NCBI GenBank assembly: GCA_947374125.1
Contig: CANCAR010000001.1
Span: 1-48,609 of the forward strand
Origin: Hyphomicrobiales bacterium
GTDB lineage: Bacteria > Pseudomonadota > Alphaproteobacteria > Rhizobiales > Beijerinckiaceae
Length of the DNA: 48,609 nucleotides
Direction of reading: 5' to 3'
Part shown: in pieces, positions 20,350 to 30,033 of the stretch
How the letters are laid out: every line of letters starts with the position of its first letter
How positions within the stretch are numbered: position 1 is the first letter of the stretch
The notes under the pieces: generated by a model
The model's input: the letters and a program-made list of their open reading frames with translations, nothing else
Told to the model about the DNA's origin: nothing
Databases searched by the model: none
Position numbers and translations under genes: made by a program

Positions 20350-21969
20350 TTAGCCCCGTGCGCGCAATTCTCGCCGGATAATCTTGCCGGTTGTCGTCAT
20401 GGGAAGGCTCGTGACGAATTCAATTTCACGTGGATATTCATGGGCCGAAAGCCGCTTTTTGACGAAATCGCGAATGTCGTGCTCTAAAGCTTTTGATGGC
20501 TCAAAGCCGGAACGCAGGACAAGGAAGGCCTTCACGATTTCCGTGCGCAGTGGATCAGGTTTTCCAACAGCAGCCGCAAGGGCTACGGCAGGGTGACGGA
20601 TGAGACAATCCTCAATCTCGACGGGGCCAATGCGATAGCTTGAGGACGTGATCACATCATCATCACGACCGATAAACCGGATATAGCCTTCCTCATCTTG
20701 GATACCCTGATCGCCCGTTATCATCCAATTGCCGATGAATTTATCGAGCGTCGCTTTCTCCCGTTTCCAGTAGCCAAGAAACATAACAGGATCGGGGCTT
20801 TGGATGGCGATTTGGCCTACTTCACCGGCAAAACAATGCGATCCGTCCTCCCTGATAATTGCCACGCGATGGCCAGGCACCTGTTTACCGATGAAACCCG
20901 GCTTGGTGATGCCAAGTGCGCCCGATGAGCCGATCACCAAATTACATTCGGTTTGGCCATAGGCTTCGTTGATGGTGAGGCCTAACTCCTGCTGCGCCCA
21001 GACCAACGTTTCTGATCCTAGCGCTTCACCGGCTGAGGCGATGGTGCGGAGTTGGATATCGTACGTGCCGCGTGGGTTTGAAACCGTCCTCAACATCCGC
21101 AAGGCTGTCGGCGGGATAAAGAGGTTGCGAATTTTTAAAGCAGCGATCAGCCGCCAAGCCTCATCGGGATCAAATTTTTCAAATTTTCGAGCAACCACCG
21201 GAACGCCAAGTGCAAGGGACGGCAAAAGGCCATTGAGTAAACCGCCCGCCCAGGCCCAATCGGCTGGGGTCCATAGCAGATCATCTTTTTGCGGAAAGAA
21301 CTCATGCACCAACTGAAAACCGGGCAGGTGACCAGGCAGGACGCGATGGCCGTGCAGCGCCCCCTTCGGTTGGCCTGTGGTGCCCGAGGTGTAGATCATC
21401 AAGGCTGGATCATCGGGTGCTGTATCAACGGGTGTGAACGCTTCCGAATGCTGAGCCAAGGCTTCTTGATAGCCAAGGGCTGAGTCTTCCGGCCCATCAA
21501 CCGAGAGGAGTAATTTAAAGTTGGGCAGACCGCGCGGCGCCGACCGAAGCTTCGCTAAGCCTGCGGCATTGGTAATGAGCGCGGTTACGCCGGCATCCTC
21601 CAGACGATAGGCGAGCGCATCTATGCCAAACAAAACCGCCAAGGGCAGGGCAATGCCGCCCATTTTGTAGATGGCAATGTGGCTTTCAGCCGTTTCACGC
21701 GATTGCGGCAGAAGGATCGCGACACGCTCGCCCCGACCAACGCCGGATTTCACCAAAAGAGTGGCCAAGCGATTGGATTGCGCCTTTAACTCGCCGAAGG
21801 TGACGCGCTCGACACTACCCGTGTCTTGAACATTCAACAAAGCGAGCCGCGTCGGTTCGCGCTCCGCCCAAACATCGCACACAGCTACGCCGATATTATA
21901 GCGCGCCGGAATATCCCAACGGAACGCCGCGTGAAGCTCTTTTTCGTCTCTGATATCGGGAAGCATCAA
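20350..21969 (-). CDS. AMP-dependent acyl-CoA synthetase/ligase
   Basis: AMP-binding signature IYTSGTTGQPKG plus the downstream YGQTE and GDQG...GR.DD blocks. Confidence 0.88.
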   Translation of the reverse strand: MMLPDIRDEKELHAAFRWDIPARYNIGVAVCDVWAEREPTRLALLNVQDTGSVERVTFGELKAQSNRLATLLVKSGVGRGERVAILLPQSRETAESHIAIYKMGGIALPLAVLFGIDALAYRLEDAGVTALITNAAGLAKLRSAPRGLPNFKLLLSVDGPEDSALGYQEALAQHSEAFTPVDTAPDDPALMIYTSGTTGQPKGALHGHRVLPGHLPGFQLVHEFFPQKDDLLWTPADWAWAGGLLNGLLPSLALGVPVVARKFEKFDPDEAWRLIAALKIRNLFIPPTALRMLRTVSNPRGTYDIQLRTIASAGEALGSETLVWAQQELGLTINEAYGQTECNLVIGSSGALGITKPGFIGKQVPGHRVAIIREDGSHCFAGEVGQIAIQSPDPVMFLGYWKREKATLDKFIGNWMITGDQGIQDEEGYIRFIGRDDDVITSSSYRIGPVEIEDCLIRHPAVALAAAVGKPDPLRTEIVKAFLVLRSGFEPSKALEHDIRDFVKKRLSAHEYPREIEFVTSLPMTTTGKIIRRELRARG

Positions 21970-22054
21970 CCGGCCTCGCCCTGCCCAAAACGGCCCGCAC
22001 TTTAAGCGCGGATTACGTTCTTTTGCAATGCAGCAGGTGCAGTGCAGTGACGGA

Positions 22055-22516
22055 TTAGACGGGCAAAGCGCCGTCAGACTTCACTTCTTCCATCACTGCA
22101 TAGGTGCGCGATTCCTTCACGCCGGGGAGCGCGAGCAGCACATCGCCCAGAAGCGTTCGATAGGCCGCCATATCCGCGACGCGGGTTTTGACGAGATAAT
22201 CGAAGCCACCCGCCACCATATGACATTCGATCACTTCGGGGGAGCGTTTAACCGCTGCGGCAAACCGCTCAAACACGTCGGGTGTGGTTTTGTCCAAGGT
22301 TACTTCGATAAAGACGAGCAGACCAAGCCCGAGCTTTTTCGGATCGAGCATGGCCCGATAGCCCAGCACATAATGCTCGCGCTGCAACCGCTTGATGCGC
22401 TCGCTCGCAGCCGTGGGCGATAATCCGATTTTATCCGCGAGTTCCACGGTCGTGATCCGGCCATCTTCTTGGAGCAGTTTGAGGATCGAACGGTCGGTAC
22501 GGTCAAGCTCTTGCAT
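22055..22516 (-). CDS. putR: Lrp/AsnC-family regulator, divergent from putA (PutR-like)
   Basis: LDRTDRSILKLLQEDGRITTVELADKIGLSPTAASERIKRL HTH plus a RAM domain. Divergent arrangement with putA, as in Agrobacterium/Rhodobacter PutR. Confidence 0.8.
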   Translation of the reverse strand: MQELDRTDRSILKLLQEDGRITTVELADKIGLSPTAASERIKRLQREHYVLGYRAMLDPKKLGLGLLVFIEVTLDKTTPDVFERFAAAVKRSPEVIECHMVAGGFDYLVKTRVADMAAYRTLLGDVLLALPGVKESRTYAVMEEVKSDGALPV

Positions 22517-22642
22517 ATTTCTCTAAAATTCCGATTAATTTAGTGATTTTCACTATATAAATTAAAAATTACCTCATTAAAACACTTATATTTTTGCAAT
22601 ATAAAAAGATTATCACATAACGCCATCAGGAGCGCCCGCATC
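22517..22642. promoter_or_regulatory. putR / putA divergent control region
   Basis: 126-bp very AT-rich spacer (…tatataaattaaaaattacctcattaaaacacttatatttttgcaatataaaaagatta…) between divergent genes. This is the type of region bound by Lrp-family activators. Individual sites were not resolved. Confidence 0.5.
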
Positions 22643-25600
22643 ATGGCCGGATTTGCAGCTTTTCGTACCGAATTCGCTCCTGATGATGAACGCATGGCCG
22701 CAACCCTATTGGCGAAAGCATCGCTTTCGCCCAATCCTGAACAGAGCATTGATGCAAGCGCTTCAGCCATGATCGAGGCGATCCGCTCCAAATCGTCGGG
22801 CCTTGGTGGCGTTGAGGAATTACTGCGCGAATACTCGCTTTCTACGCCCGAAGGCTTGGCGCTTATGGTGTTGGCCGAAGCGCTCTTGCGCGTGCCGGAT
22901 GCGGCGACCTCTGATCAACTGATCGAAGACAAGCTGAGCCAAGGCGATTTTCTGCACCATGAAACCCAATCTGGCGCGTTGCTCGTTTCAGCCTCGGCTT
23001 GGGCCTTGGGTGTCACCGCCCGTGTCATCCAGCCGGGCGAGACGCCGCACAGCATGATCGGCCAATTGGTGAAGCGACTTGGTTTGCCCGCCGTTCGCAA
23101 AGCCACCAAGCAGGCGATGCGCGTTTTGGGCAGCCATTTCGTGCTGGGTCAAACTATTGAGGAAGCCTTGGAGCGGGCGCGTTCCGGCATCGGGCGTTTG
23201 TTCCGCTATTCCTTCGACATGCTGGGCGAGGGCGCCCGCACGCAAGAAGACGCCGACCGCTATTATGCCTCCTATAGCGCTGCCATCAAGGCGATTGGCG
23301 AGGCGGCAGGCAATGAGCCTTTGCCAGCACGGCCCGGCATTTCGGTAAAACTTTCCGCCCTCCATCCACGCTATGAGTGGGTGTCGCGTGAGCGGGTGAT
23401 GAAGGAACTCGTGCCGGTGCTGCTCGATTTGGCGCAACAGGCCAAAAAATACGACATGAATTTCACGGTGGACGCGGAAGAAGCCGACCGGCTCGAACTC
23501 TCGCTCGATGTGATTGCTGCGGCCTTTGCCGATCCATCGCTCGAAGGATGGGACGGTTTTGGCTTAGCCATCCAAGCCTATCAAAAACGCGCGATGGAGG
23601 TAATCGACTGGATCGACGGTCTCGCCGCCCACCATGGCCGTCGAATGATGGTGCGGCTGGTGAAAGGCGCTTACTGGGATTCGGAAGTCAAGCGCGCGCA
23701 AGAGCGTGGCTTGGCGGATTATCCCGTCTTTACCCGCAAGGCGATGACCGATCTCAATTATGTCGCCTGCGCCGAGCGTTTGCTGGCCGCGCGCCCAAGG
23801 CTCTATCCGCAATTTGCCACCCATAATGCGCTCACCGTCGCCTCGATTTTGGAGCGCGCTGGCAGTGTCGACGGTTTCGAGTTTCAACGCCTGCATGGCA
23901 TGGGCGATGCGCTCTACCAGCATCTGCTTGCGAAGCATCCGGGCCTCGCCTGCCGCACTTATGCGCCCGTTGGTGGGCACAGCGATTTGCTCGCCTATCT
24001 CGTCCGCCGACTGTTGGAAAATGGCGCGAACTCATCTTTCGTCTCGGTAGCGGCTGATCCGAATGTACCCATCGAGACGCTGCTGACGCGTCCGCAGACG
24101 ATCATCGCCACGGCAGAGAAGGCCCGCCATCCGAAACTGCCAATGCCCGCCGATTTATACGCCCCCCGCCGCCGCAATTCGGCGGGCGTTGAACTCGGCC
24201 ACGCTGCCTCTTTGGATGTGTTATTGGCCGAAATCGAGGCTTTTAAAAATGTCGTGCCAAATGCGATTCCGCTGGTCGATGGAAAAGCTCAAACGGGTTC
24301 GGCCCGAGCATTGCTCTCCCCGATTGATGGTGTGACCAAACTCGGCACGGTGGTTGAAGCCGACTCTGCACTCGCTGCCCGCGTGATCGAAGCCGCCCGC
24401 AAAGGCTTTTGGGCTTGGGATCGCACACCAGCGGCCACCCGCGCCGACATTCTCGAAAAAGCCGCTGATCTTTTGGAAAGCAACCGCGGCCGGTTGCTCC
24501 ACCTCCTGCGGGTTGAGGCGGGCAAGACCATAGATGACGCGCTCTCCGAACTTCGCGAAGCGGTCGATTTCTGCCGTTTTTACGCCGCCGAGGCCCGCGC
24601 CATCTGCGGTGACGGCAAAGTGCTTCCCGGGCCGACAGGCGAGGATAACCGTTTGGTACGGCGCGGTCGCGGCGTGTTTGTCTGCATCAGCCCATGGAAT
24701 TTCCCGCTCGCCATCTTTTTGGGCCAGATCACCGCAGCATTAGCCGCCGGTAATGCCGTTATCGCCAAACCCGCTGAGCAAACCCCGCTGATTGCCTTCG
24801 AGGCCATCAAACTGCTGCATGAGGCAGGCGTTCCGGTGCAAGCGCTCCATTTCGTCCCCGGCGCGGGTGAGGTGGGTGCGGCCTTGGTCGCCCATCCTGC
24901 CACGGGCGGCGTGGCCTTCACCGGCTCCACTGAAACTGCCTGGCGCATCAACCGCTCGCTCGCCGCCAAAGACGGCCCGATTGTGCCTCTGATCGCTGAA
25001 ACCGGCGGCATCAACGCGATGATCGTCGATGCAACCGCGTTGGCCGAGCAGGTCTCCGACGATGTCGTGATGTCCGCCTTCCGCTCCGCAGGCCAACGCT
25101 GCTCGGCCCTGCGGCTTTTATGCGTGCAGGACGATGTTGCCGATAAAATGATCGAGATGATTGCGGGTGCTGCCAAAGAACTCAAAATCGCCGATCCGCG
25201 CGAACCCTCCACCCATATCGGCCCCGTCATCGATGCGGAAGCGAAAGCGGGCTTGGCGGCTCACATCACGGCTATGAAAACCTCCGCCAAATGCCATTAT
25301 GCCGGTTCAGCACCTGAGAACGGCACCTATATCGCCCCGCATATTTTTGAACTCAGCGCCGTCTCCGACCTCAAACGCGAGGTTTTCGGCCCGATCCTGC
25401 ACGTTGTCCGTTGGAAATCGGGTCACGTCGACGCTCTCCTGGACGCCATCGACGCGCTGGGCTACGGCCTGACGCTTGGCGTCCATACCCGCATCGACAC
25501 GGTGGTCCAAAAAATCGTGGATCGGCTGGATGCTGGCAATTGCTACATTAACCGCAACATGATCGGCGCAGTGGTAGGCACGCAGCCCTTTGGTGGATCA

Positions 25601-25729
25601 AGGCTTTCCGGCACGGGGCCTAAGGCAGGCGGGCCGGATTATTTGCGACGGTTTACGCTGGAGCAAACGGTGACGGTGAACACCGCTGCGGCGGGGGGTA
25701 ATGCGAGCTTGATTGCGATGGGTGAGTGA
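22643..25729 (+). CDS. putA: Bifunctional proline dehydrogenase / 1-pyrroline-5-carboxylate dehydrogenase (short form without the RHH DNA-binding domain)
   Basis: 1028 aa. PRODH TIM-barrel region followed by an ALDH domain (FTGSTETA, catalytic context AGQRCSA, ETGGINA). Confidence 0.95.
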   Translation: MAGFAAFRTEFAPDDERMAATLLAKASLSPNPEQSIDASASAMIEAIRSKSSGLGGVEELLREYSLSTPEGLALMVLAEALLRVPDAATSDQLIEDKLSQGDFLHHETQSGALLVSASAWALGVTARVIQPGETPHSMIGQLVKRLGLPAVRKATKQAMRVLGSHFVLGQTIEEALERARSGIGRLFRYSFDMLGEGARTQEDADRYYASYSAAIKAIGEAAGNEPLPARPGISVKLSALHPRYEWVSRERVMKELVPVLLDLAQQAKKYDMNFTVDAEEADRLELSLDVIAAAFADPSLEGWDGFGLAIQAYQKRAMEVIDWIDGLAAHHGRRMMVRLVKGAYWDSEVKRAQERGLADYPVFTRKAMTDLNYVACAERLLAARPRLYPQFATHNALTVASILERAGSVDGFEFQRLHGMGDALYQHLLAKHPGLACRTYAPVGGHSDLLAYLVRRLLENGANSSFVSVAADPNVPIETLLTRPQTIIATAEKARHPKLPMPADLYAPRRRNSAGVELGHAASLDVLLAEIEAFKNVVPNAIPLVDGKAQTGSARALLSPIDGVTKLGTVVEADSALAARVIEAARKGFWAWDRTPAATRADILEKAADLLESNRGRLLHLLRVEAGKTIDDALSELREAVDFCRFYAAEARAICGDGKVLPGPTGEDNRLVRRGRGVFVCISPWNFPLAIFLGQITAALAAGNAVIAKPAEQTPLIAFEAIKLLHEAGVPVQALHFVPGAGEVGAALVAHPATGGVAFTGSTETAWRINRSLAAKDGPIVPLIAETGGINAMIVDATALAEQVSDDVVMSAFRSAGQRCSALRLLCVQDDVADKMIEMIAGAAKELKIADPREPSTHIGPVIDAEAKAGLAAHITAMKTSAKCHYAGSAPENGTYIAPHIFELSAVSDLKREVFGPILHVVRWKSGHVDALLDAIDALGYGLTLGVHTRIDTVVQKIVDRLDAGNCYINRNMIGAVVGTQPFGGSRLSGTGPKAGGPDYLRRFTLEQTVTVNTAAAGGNASLIAMGE

Positions 25730-25732
25730 CAT

Positions 25733-25851
25733 CGTCATTGCGAGCGCTGAGCGAAGCAACCCAGCTGATGGTGAAAGAAAGGGGATAATTGCACCTTCGC
25801 GCCCCGATAATATCGGCTAGCTGGGTTGCTTCGCGTTCGCTCGCAATGACG
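25733..25851. repeat. Palindromic intergenic element, copy 1 (31/32-nt imperfect inverted arms, about 56-nt centre)
   Basis: Left arm cgtcattgcgagcgctgagcgaagcaacccag (25733-25764) pairs with right arm ctgggttgcttcgcgttcgctcgcaatgacg (25821-25851). Begins 3 nt after the putA stop. Related to the element at 27961-28048. Confidence 0.85.
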
Positions 25852-26005
25852 TTTAAAATTCATTGTCGCCTTATTTTTTTACCCCGCGAGAGTCGACATT
25901 CCCTCCAACTTTCTATATGCACCCCACTTCAACTCACAACAGCGAGCCGAAGCGCTGACGGATGAGCCCTAAGGGCTACTGAGGTCAAACCGGCAGGAGA
26001 TAGAT

Positions 26006-26389
26006 ATGAATATTATTCAGCAGCTCGAAAAAGAGCAGGCCGATCGATTGGCTGCCGCCCGTCCGATTCCGGATTTTGAGGCTGGCGATACGGTTCAGGT
26101 TAATGTGAAGGTTGTCGAAGGCGAGCGTTCGCGCGTTCAGGCCTATGAAGGCGTGTGCATTGCGCGCAATGGCGGCGGCATCAATGAGAGCTTCACGGTT
26201 CGCAAGATTTCCTACGGTGAAGGCGTCGAGCGCGTTTTCCCGATTTATTCGCCAATGATCGACTCGATCAAGGTGATCCGTCGCGGCACGGTGCGTCGCG
26301 CAAAGCTCTATTATCTGCGCGATCGTCGCGGCAAATCGGCCCGTATCGTCGAGCGCAAGACCGGCCACGGCATCGAAGACAAGGCCTAA
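26006..26389 (+). CDS. rplS: 50S ribosomal protein L19
   Basis: [11 protein letters not shown]...[60 protein letters not shown] is unmistakably L19. Confidence 0.97.
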   Translation: MNIIQQLEKEQADRLAAARPIPDFEAGDTVQVNVKVVEGERSRVQAYEGVCIARNGGGINESFTVRKISYGEGVERVFPIYSPMIDSIKVIRRGTVRRAKLYYLRDRRGKSARIVERKTGHGIEDKA

Positions 26390-26417
26390 GCCTTTTAAGG
26401 TTATTGGGCTTTCTGAC

Positions 26418-26454
26418 GAGGCGCGGCCAAACTGGACGCGCCTTTGTCGTTTTA
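26418..26454 (+). terminator. Rho-independent terminator after rplS
   Basis: Stem gaggcgcg / cgcgcc(tt) with an 11-nt loop, followed by a ttgtcgtttt T-rich tail. Confidence 0.6.
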
Positions 26455-26532
26455 ATCCCTATCGAAATGCGTTGAACCCTCATGCCGTTTTCTGGCAATA
26501 AGGGAAATCACCACCAAACGGCGAGTACGACC

Positions 26533-27948
26533 ATGGCAAATCCTTCAGCACCGCGCACCCTTTATGACAAGATCTGGGACGATCACGTCGTCGATACGCA
26601 GCCGGATGGTACGTGCCTGCTCTATATTGACCGCCACTTGGTGCATGAAGTCACGTCGCCACAGGCTTTTGAAGGCCTGCGCATGACGGGCCGCAAGGTT
26701 CGCGCACCGGAAAAGACGCTGGCCGTGGTCGACCATAACGTGCCGACGTCGGACCGTTCGCAGGGCATTTCGGATCCGGAAGCAGCGACCCAAGTTGCCG
26801 CTCTGGCCGAGAACGCGCGTGAATTCGGCATCGAATATTTTAACGAGCTCGATAAGCGTCAGGGCGTCGTCCACATCATCGGACCTGAGCAGGGCTTCAC
26901 GCTTCCGGGCACCACCATCGTCTGTGGCGATAGCCACACCTCGACGCATGGCGCGTTCGGCGCTTTGGCGCATGGCATCGGTACCTCGGAAGTCGAGCAC
27001 GTGCTCGCCACCCAGACGCTGATCCAATCCAAAGCCAAGAATATGCGCATCACGGTCGACGGCAAACTGCCTGCCGGTGTGACCGCGAAGGATATCATTT
27101 TGGCGATCATCGGCGAAATCGGTACCGCAGGCGGCACCGGCCACGTCATGGAATATACCGGCGAAGCCATCCGCGCTTTGTCGATGGAAGGTCGCATGAC
27201 CATCTGCAACATGTCGATTGAAGGCGGCGCGCGCGCTGGTCTCGTCGCACCGGATGAGAAAACCTATGCCTATCTGATGGGTCGCCCGAAGGCACCCAAG
27301 GGCATGGCTTGGGATATGGCGAAAGCCTATTGGGAAACGCTCGTTACCGATGAAGGCGCGCATTTCGACCGTGAAATTCGGCTTGATGCCGCCAATCTCC
27401 CGCCGATTGTTACCTGGGGCACCAGCCCTGAAGATGTTGTGTCGGTAGCAGGCGTGGTGCCCCATGCCGATAGCGGTCACACGGAACAGAAGAAGGCGGC
27501 CATCGCCCGTGCGCTTGATTATATGGGCCTCAAGGGCGGCGAGAAGATGACCGACATCAAGCTTGATCGCGTGTTTATCGGTTCCTGTACCAATGGCCGC
27601 ATCGAGGATTTACGCGCGGTCGCCAAGGCCGTTGAAGGCAAGAAGGTGGCGTCCACCGTTTCCGCGATGATCGTACCGGGTTCGGGCCTCGTGAAATTGC
27701 AGGCTGAAGAAGAAGGCCTCGATACAATTTTTAAGGCCGCAGGGTTTGATTGGCGCGAACCGGGCTGCTCGATGTGTCTCGCGATGAATGCCGACAAACT
27801 CGCACCGGGCGAGCGTTGTGCGTCGACGTCGAACCGCAATTTCGAGGGCCGTCAGGGCTTTAAGGGTCGCACGCATCTCGTTTCGCCTTTGATGGCAGCG
27901 GCTGCGGCGATTGAAGGGCACTTTGTGGATGTGAGGAATTGGGGGTAA
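26533..27948 (+). CDS. leuC: 3-isopropylmalate dehydratase large subunit
   Basis: [12 protein letters not shown]...[22 protein letters not shown]...[17 protein letters not shown]...[12 protein letters not shown]...CSMCLAMN aconitase-family blocks. Start ATG 26533. Confidence 0.96.
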   Translation: MANPSAPRTLYDKIWDDHVVDTQPDGTCLLYIDRHLVHEVTSPQAFEGLRMTGRKVRAPEKTLAVVDHNVPTSDRSQGISDPEAATQVAALAENAREFGIEYFNELDKRQGVVHIIGPEQGFTLPGTTIVCGDSHTSTHGAFGALAHGIGTSEVEHVLATQTLIQSKAKNMRITVDGKLPAGVTAKDIILAIIGEIGTAGGTGHVMEYTGEAIRALSMEGRMTICNMSIEGGARAGLVAPDEKTYAYLMGRPKAPKGMAWDMAKAYWETLVTDEGAHFDREIRLDAANLPPIVTWGTSPEDVVSVAGVVPHADSGHTEQKKAAIARALDYMGLKGGEKMTDIKLDRVFIGSCTNGRIEDLRAVAKAVEGKKVASTVSAMIVPGSGLVKLQAEEEGLDTIFKAAGFDWREPGCSMCLAMNADKLAPGERCASTSNRNFEGRQGFKGRTHLVSPLMAAAAAIEGHFVDVRNWG

Positions 27949-27960
27949 ATAGCTCTTTGC

Positions 27961-28048
27961 CGTCATTGCGAGGAGCGAAGCGACGCGGCAACCCAGAGCT
28001 ATATTTGGTAACATCAACTGGTTTGCTTCACTGGCGTTCGCAATGACG
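27961..28048. repeat. Palindromic intergenic element, copy 2 (36/31-nt imperfect inverted arms, about 21-nt centre)
   Basis: Left arm cgtcattgcgaggagcgaagcgacgcggcaacccag (27961-27996) pairs with right arm ctggtttgcttcactggcgttcgcaatgacg (28018-28048). Begins 12 nt after the leuC stop. Shares the cgtcattgcgag...gcgaagc...caacccag termini with copy 1. Confidence 0.85.
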
Positions 28049-28049
28049 G

Positions 28050-28301
28050 ATGAATGAATTGAGCGCCATGGCCCCTCAAGACCCCGGCGAACAAGCCAAG
28101 CGTGATCTTGCTCGTCTAGTCGCCGATCGCGATACGATAGGCACCTCGGCGTTGGCTCGCATGGCCGAGCATCTTCGCGCGGATGCCTCGCCAGATGACG
28201 CCATCGAGAAATGGGGTAAACGCATTGGTCGTGGCCTAGGCGCGGTTTTCTTTGTGTTTCTTGTCGGCTCGTTGGCTTTGAAAGTATTGGGCTGGTATTA
28301 G
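28050..28301 (+). CDS. Hypothetical small protein with a C-terminal TM segment
   Basis: 83-aa ORF whose C-terminus GLGAVFFVFLVGSLALKVLGWY is hydrophobic. No recognisable family. Starts directly at the end of repeat copy 2 and converges with a 4-nt overlap on the dehydratase gene. Confidence 0.35.
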   Translation: MNELSAMAPQDPGEQAKRDLARLVADRDTIGTSALARMAEHLRADASPDDAIEKWGKRIGRGLGAVFFVFLVGSLALKVLGWY

Positions 28302-30022
28302 TGAATTTCCGGCTCGGGTAAGGGCTCGGTGCCTTCCAGAAAATCATAATCGCAGCCTTCATCGGCTTGGGTAACATGGGCGCTATGAAGCCTGGCATAG
28401 CCACGTGGGGCGGGTTTTTTAGGTGGTGTCCAAATGGCGAGGCGGGTTGCGATTTCCTCGTCTGGGACGTGGAGATGCAACAGGCGCTTTTCGACGTCCA
28501 CCGTGATTAAATCACCATTCCGCACGGCGGCTAAAGGGCCGCCAATGGCCGCTTCAGGTGCCACATGCAGGATGCATGCGCCATAGCTGGTGCCGCTCAT
28601 GCGGGCATCGGAAATCCGCACCATATCGCGCACGCCTTGTTGCAAGAGCTTTTTCGGGATGGGCAACATGCCCCATTCCGGCATGCCCGGCCCGCCAACG
28701 GGTCCGGCATTGCGGAACACCATGATGTGGTCAGCGGTTACATTGAGGCTTTCGTCGTTCACGGCGTGCATCATCGCATCGTAAGTGTCGAACACGATGG
28801 CTGGTCCGGTATGCGTTGTCAGATGCGCCTCGGCAGCGGCAGGCTTCATCACCGCGCCACGCGGGGCGAGGTTGCCGGTCAGTACGGCGATGCTGCCACC
28901 TGCTGCAATCGGTCTATCGAGGGGGCGGATGATATCCTCGTTCCAGATTTTCGCGTCCCTATAGCGCTCACCAATCGTGGTGCCGGTGACGGTTTTCTCA
29001 GCCTTATTTAACAGCGGCAGAAGCTGCCGGAAAAAGGCTGGAAAGCCGCCCGCATAGAAGAAATCTTCCATCAAAAATTCGCCCGACGGCCTGATATTGG
29101 CCATAACGCCCGCTTGACGGGAAATGCGATCGAATTCCGTCAAAGGTAGACCAATCCCCGCCCGCCGCGCCATGGCGACAAGATGGATGATGCCATTGGT
29201 CGACCCACCCATCGCCATCAAAGCGAGAATGGCGTTTTCGAACGCGCCTTGGGTGAGAAAGCTTTTGGGTGTCGTGTCATTCCAGACCATGTCAACGATC
29301 TCAACGCCGCATTGCACCGCCATGCGTGTATGGCCCGCATCGGCGGCGGGAATTGAAGCGGCACCCGGCAGGGTAAAGCCCAAAATCTCGGCAATGCCTG
29401 CCATGGTCGAAGCGGTCCCCATCGTCATGCACGTACCAAAGGAGCGGGCGATGCCCTGCTCCATCTCGCGCCAATCGGCTTCCGTGATGCGGCCCGCTTC
29501 TTTCTCGGCCCAATATTTCCAGACATCGGAGCCGGAGCCCAATGACTTGCCACCCCAATTGCCGCGCAGCATTGGGCCCGCAGGCATAAAGATTGCGGGC
29601 AGATTCATGCTCGTCGCGCCCATGATGAGGCCGGGTACGGTCTTGTCGCAACCGCCCAGCAACACCGCTCCATCTATCGGATGAGAGCGGAGCAGTTCCT
29701 CTGTCTCCATCGCAAGGAAATTCCGGTAGAGCATTGTCGTCGGTTTAACGAAATTCTCCGAGAGCGACAGCGCTGGCAATTCCATCGGAAAGCCGCCCGC
29801 CTGCCAGATGCCGCGTTTCACTTCTTCCGCGCGCGTGCGAAGATGCGTATGGCAGGGGTTCGCCTCGCTCCAAGTATTAATGACGGCAATCACGGGCTTG
29901 CCCATGAAATCCTCATAGCGATGACCCATCTGCAACGCGCGTGAGCGATGCCCGAAGGAGCGCAAATCCGTTGCACCGAACCAGCGGTGGCTGCGCAGTG
30001 TCTCGGGCGTTTTACGGGTCAT
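28298..30022 (-). CDS. IlvD/Edd-family dehydratase (sugar-acid / dihydroxy-acid dehydratase-like)
   Basis: 574 aa. The N-terminus RSHRWFG..DLRSFGHRSR...GKPVIAVINTWSE.NPCH is typical of the aldonate-dehydratase branch. Also CDKTVPG and the [Fe-S] ligand context. Confidence 0.85.
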   Translation of the reverse strand: MTRKTPETLRSHRWFGATDLRSFGHRSRALQMGHRYEDFMGKPVIAVINTWSEANPCHTHLRTRAEEVKRGIWQAGGFPMELPALSLSENFVKPTTMLYRNFLAMETEELLRSHPIDGAVLLGGCDKTVPGLIMGATSMNLPAIFMPAGPMLRGNWGGKSLGSGSDVWKYWAEKEAGRITEADWREMEQGIARSFGTCMTMGTASTMAGIAEILGFTLPGAASIPAADAGHTRMAVQCGVEIVDMVWNDTTPKSFLTQGAFENAILALMAMGGSTNGIIHLVAMARRAGIGLPLTEFDRISRQAGVMANIRPSGEFLMEDFFYAGGFPAFFRQLLPLLNKAEKTVTGTTIGERYRDAKIWNEDIIRPLDRPIAAGGSIAVLTGNLAPRGAVMKPAAAEAHLTTHTGPAIVFDTYDAMMHAVNDESLNVTADHIMVFRNAGPVGGPGMPEWGMLPIPKKLLQQGVRDMVRISDARMSGTSYGACILHVAPEAAIGGPLAAVRNGDLITVDVEKRLLHLHVPDEEIATRLAIWTPPKKPAPRGYARLHSAHVTQADEGCDYDFLEGTEPLPEPEIH

Positions 30023-30033
30023 TTAAGAGGCTT

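Noticed and set aside
26545-27480. 311-aa ORF antisense to leuC. Similar long antisense ORFs occur at 24580..25230 (216 aa, in putA), 27610..28404 (264 aa), 34428..35132 (234 aa, in ssuD) and 14415..14996 (193 aa, in purH).
   Set aside because: All lie entirely inside, or mostly inside, strongly supported genes on the opposite strand. They have Arg/Ala/Gly/Pro-rich low-complexity-like compositions typical of shadow ORFs in GC-rich DNA, and no recognisable motifs.
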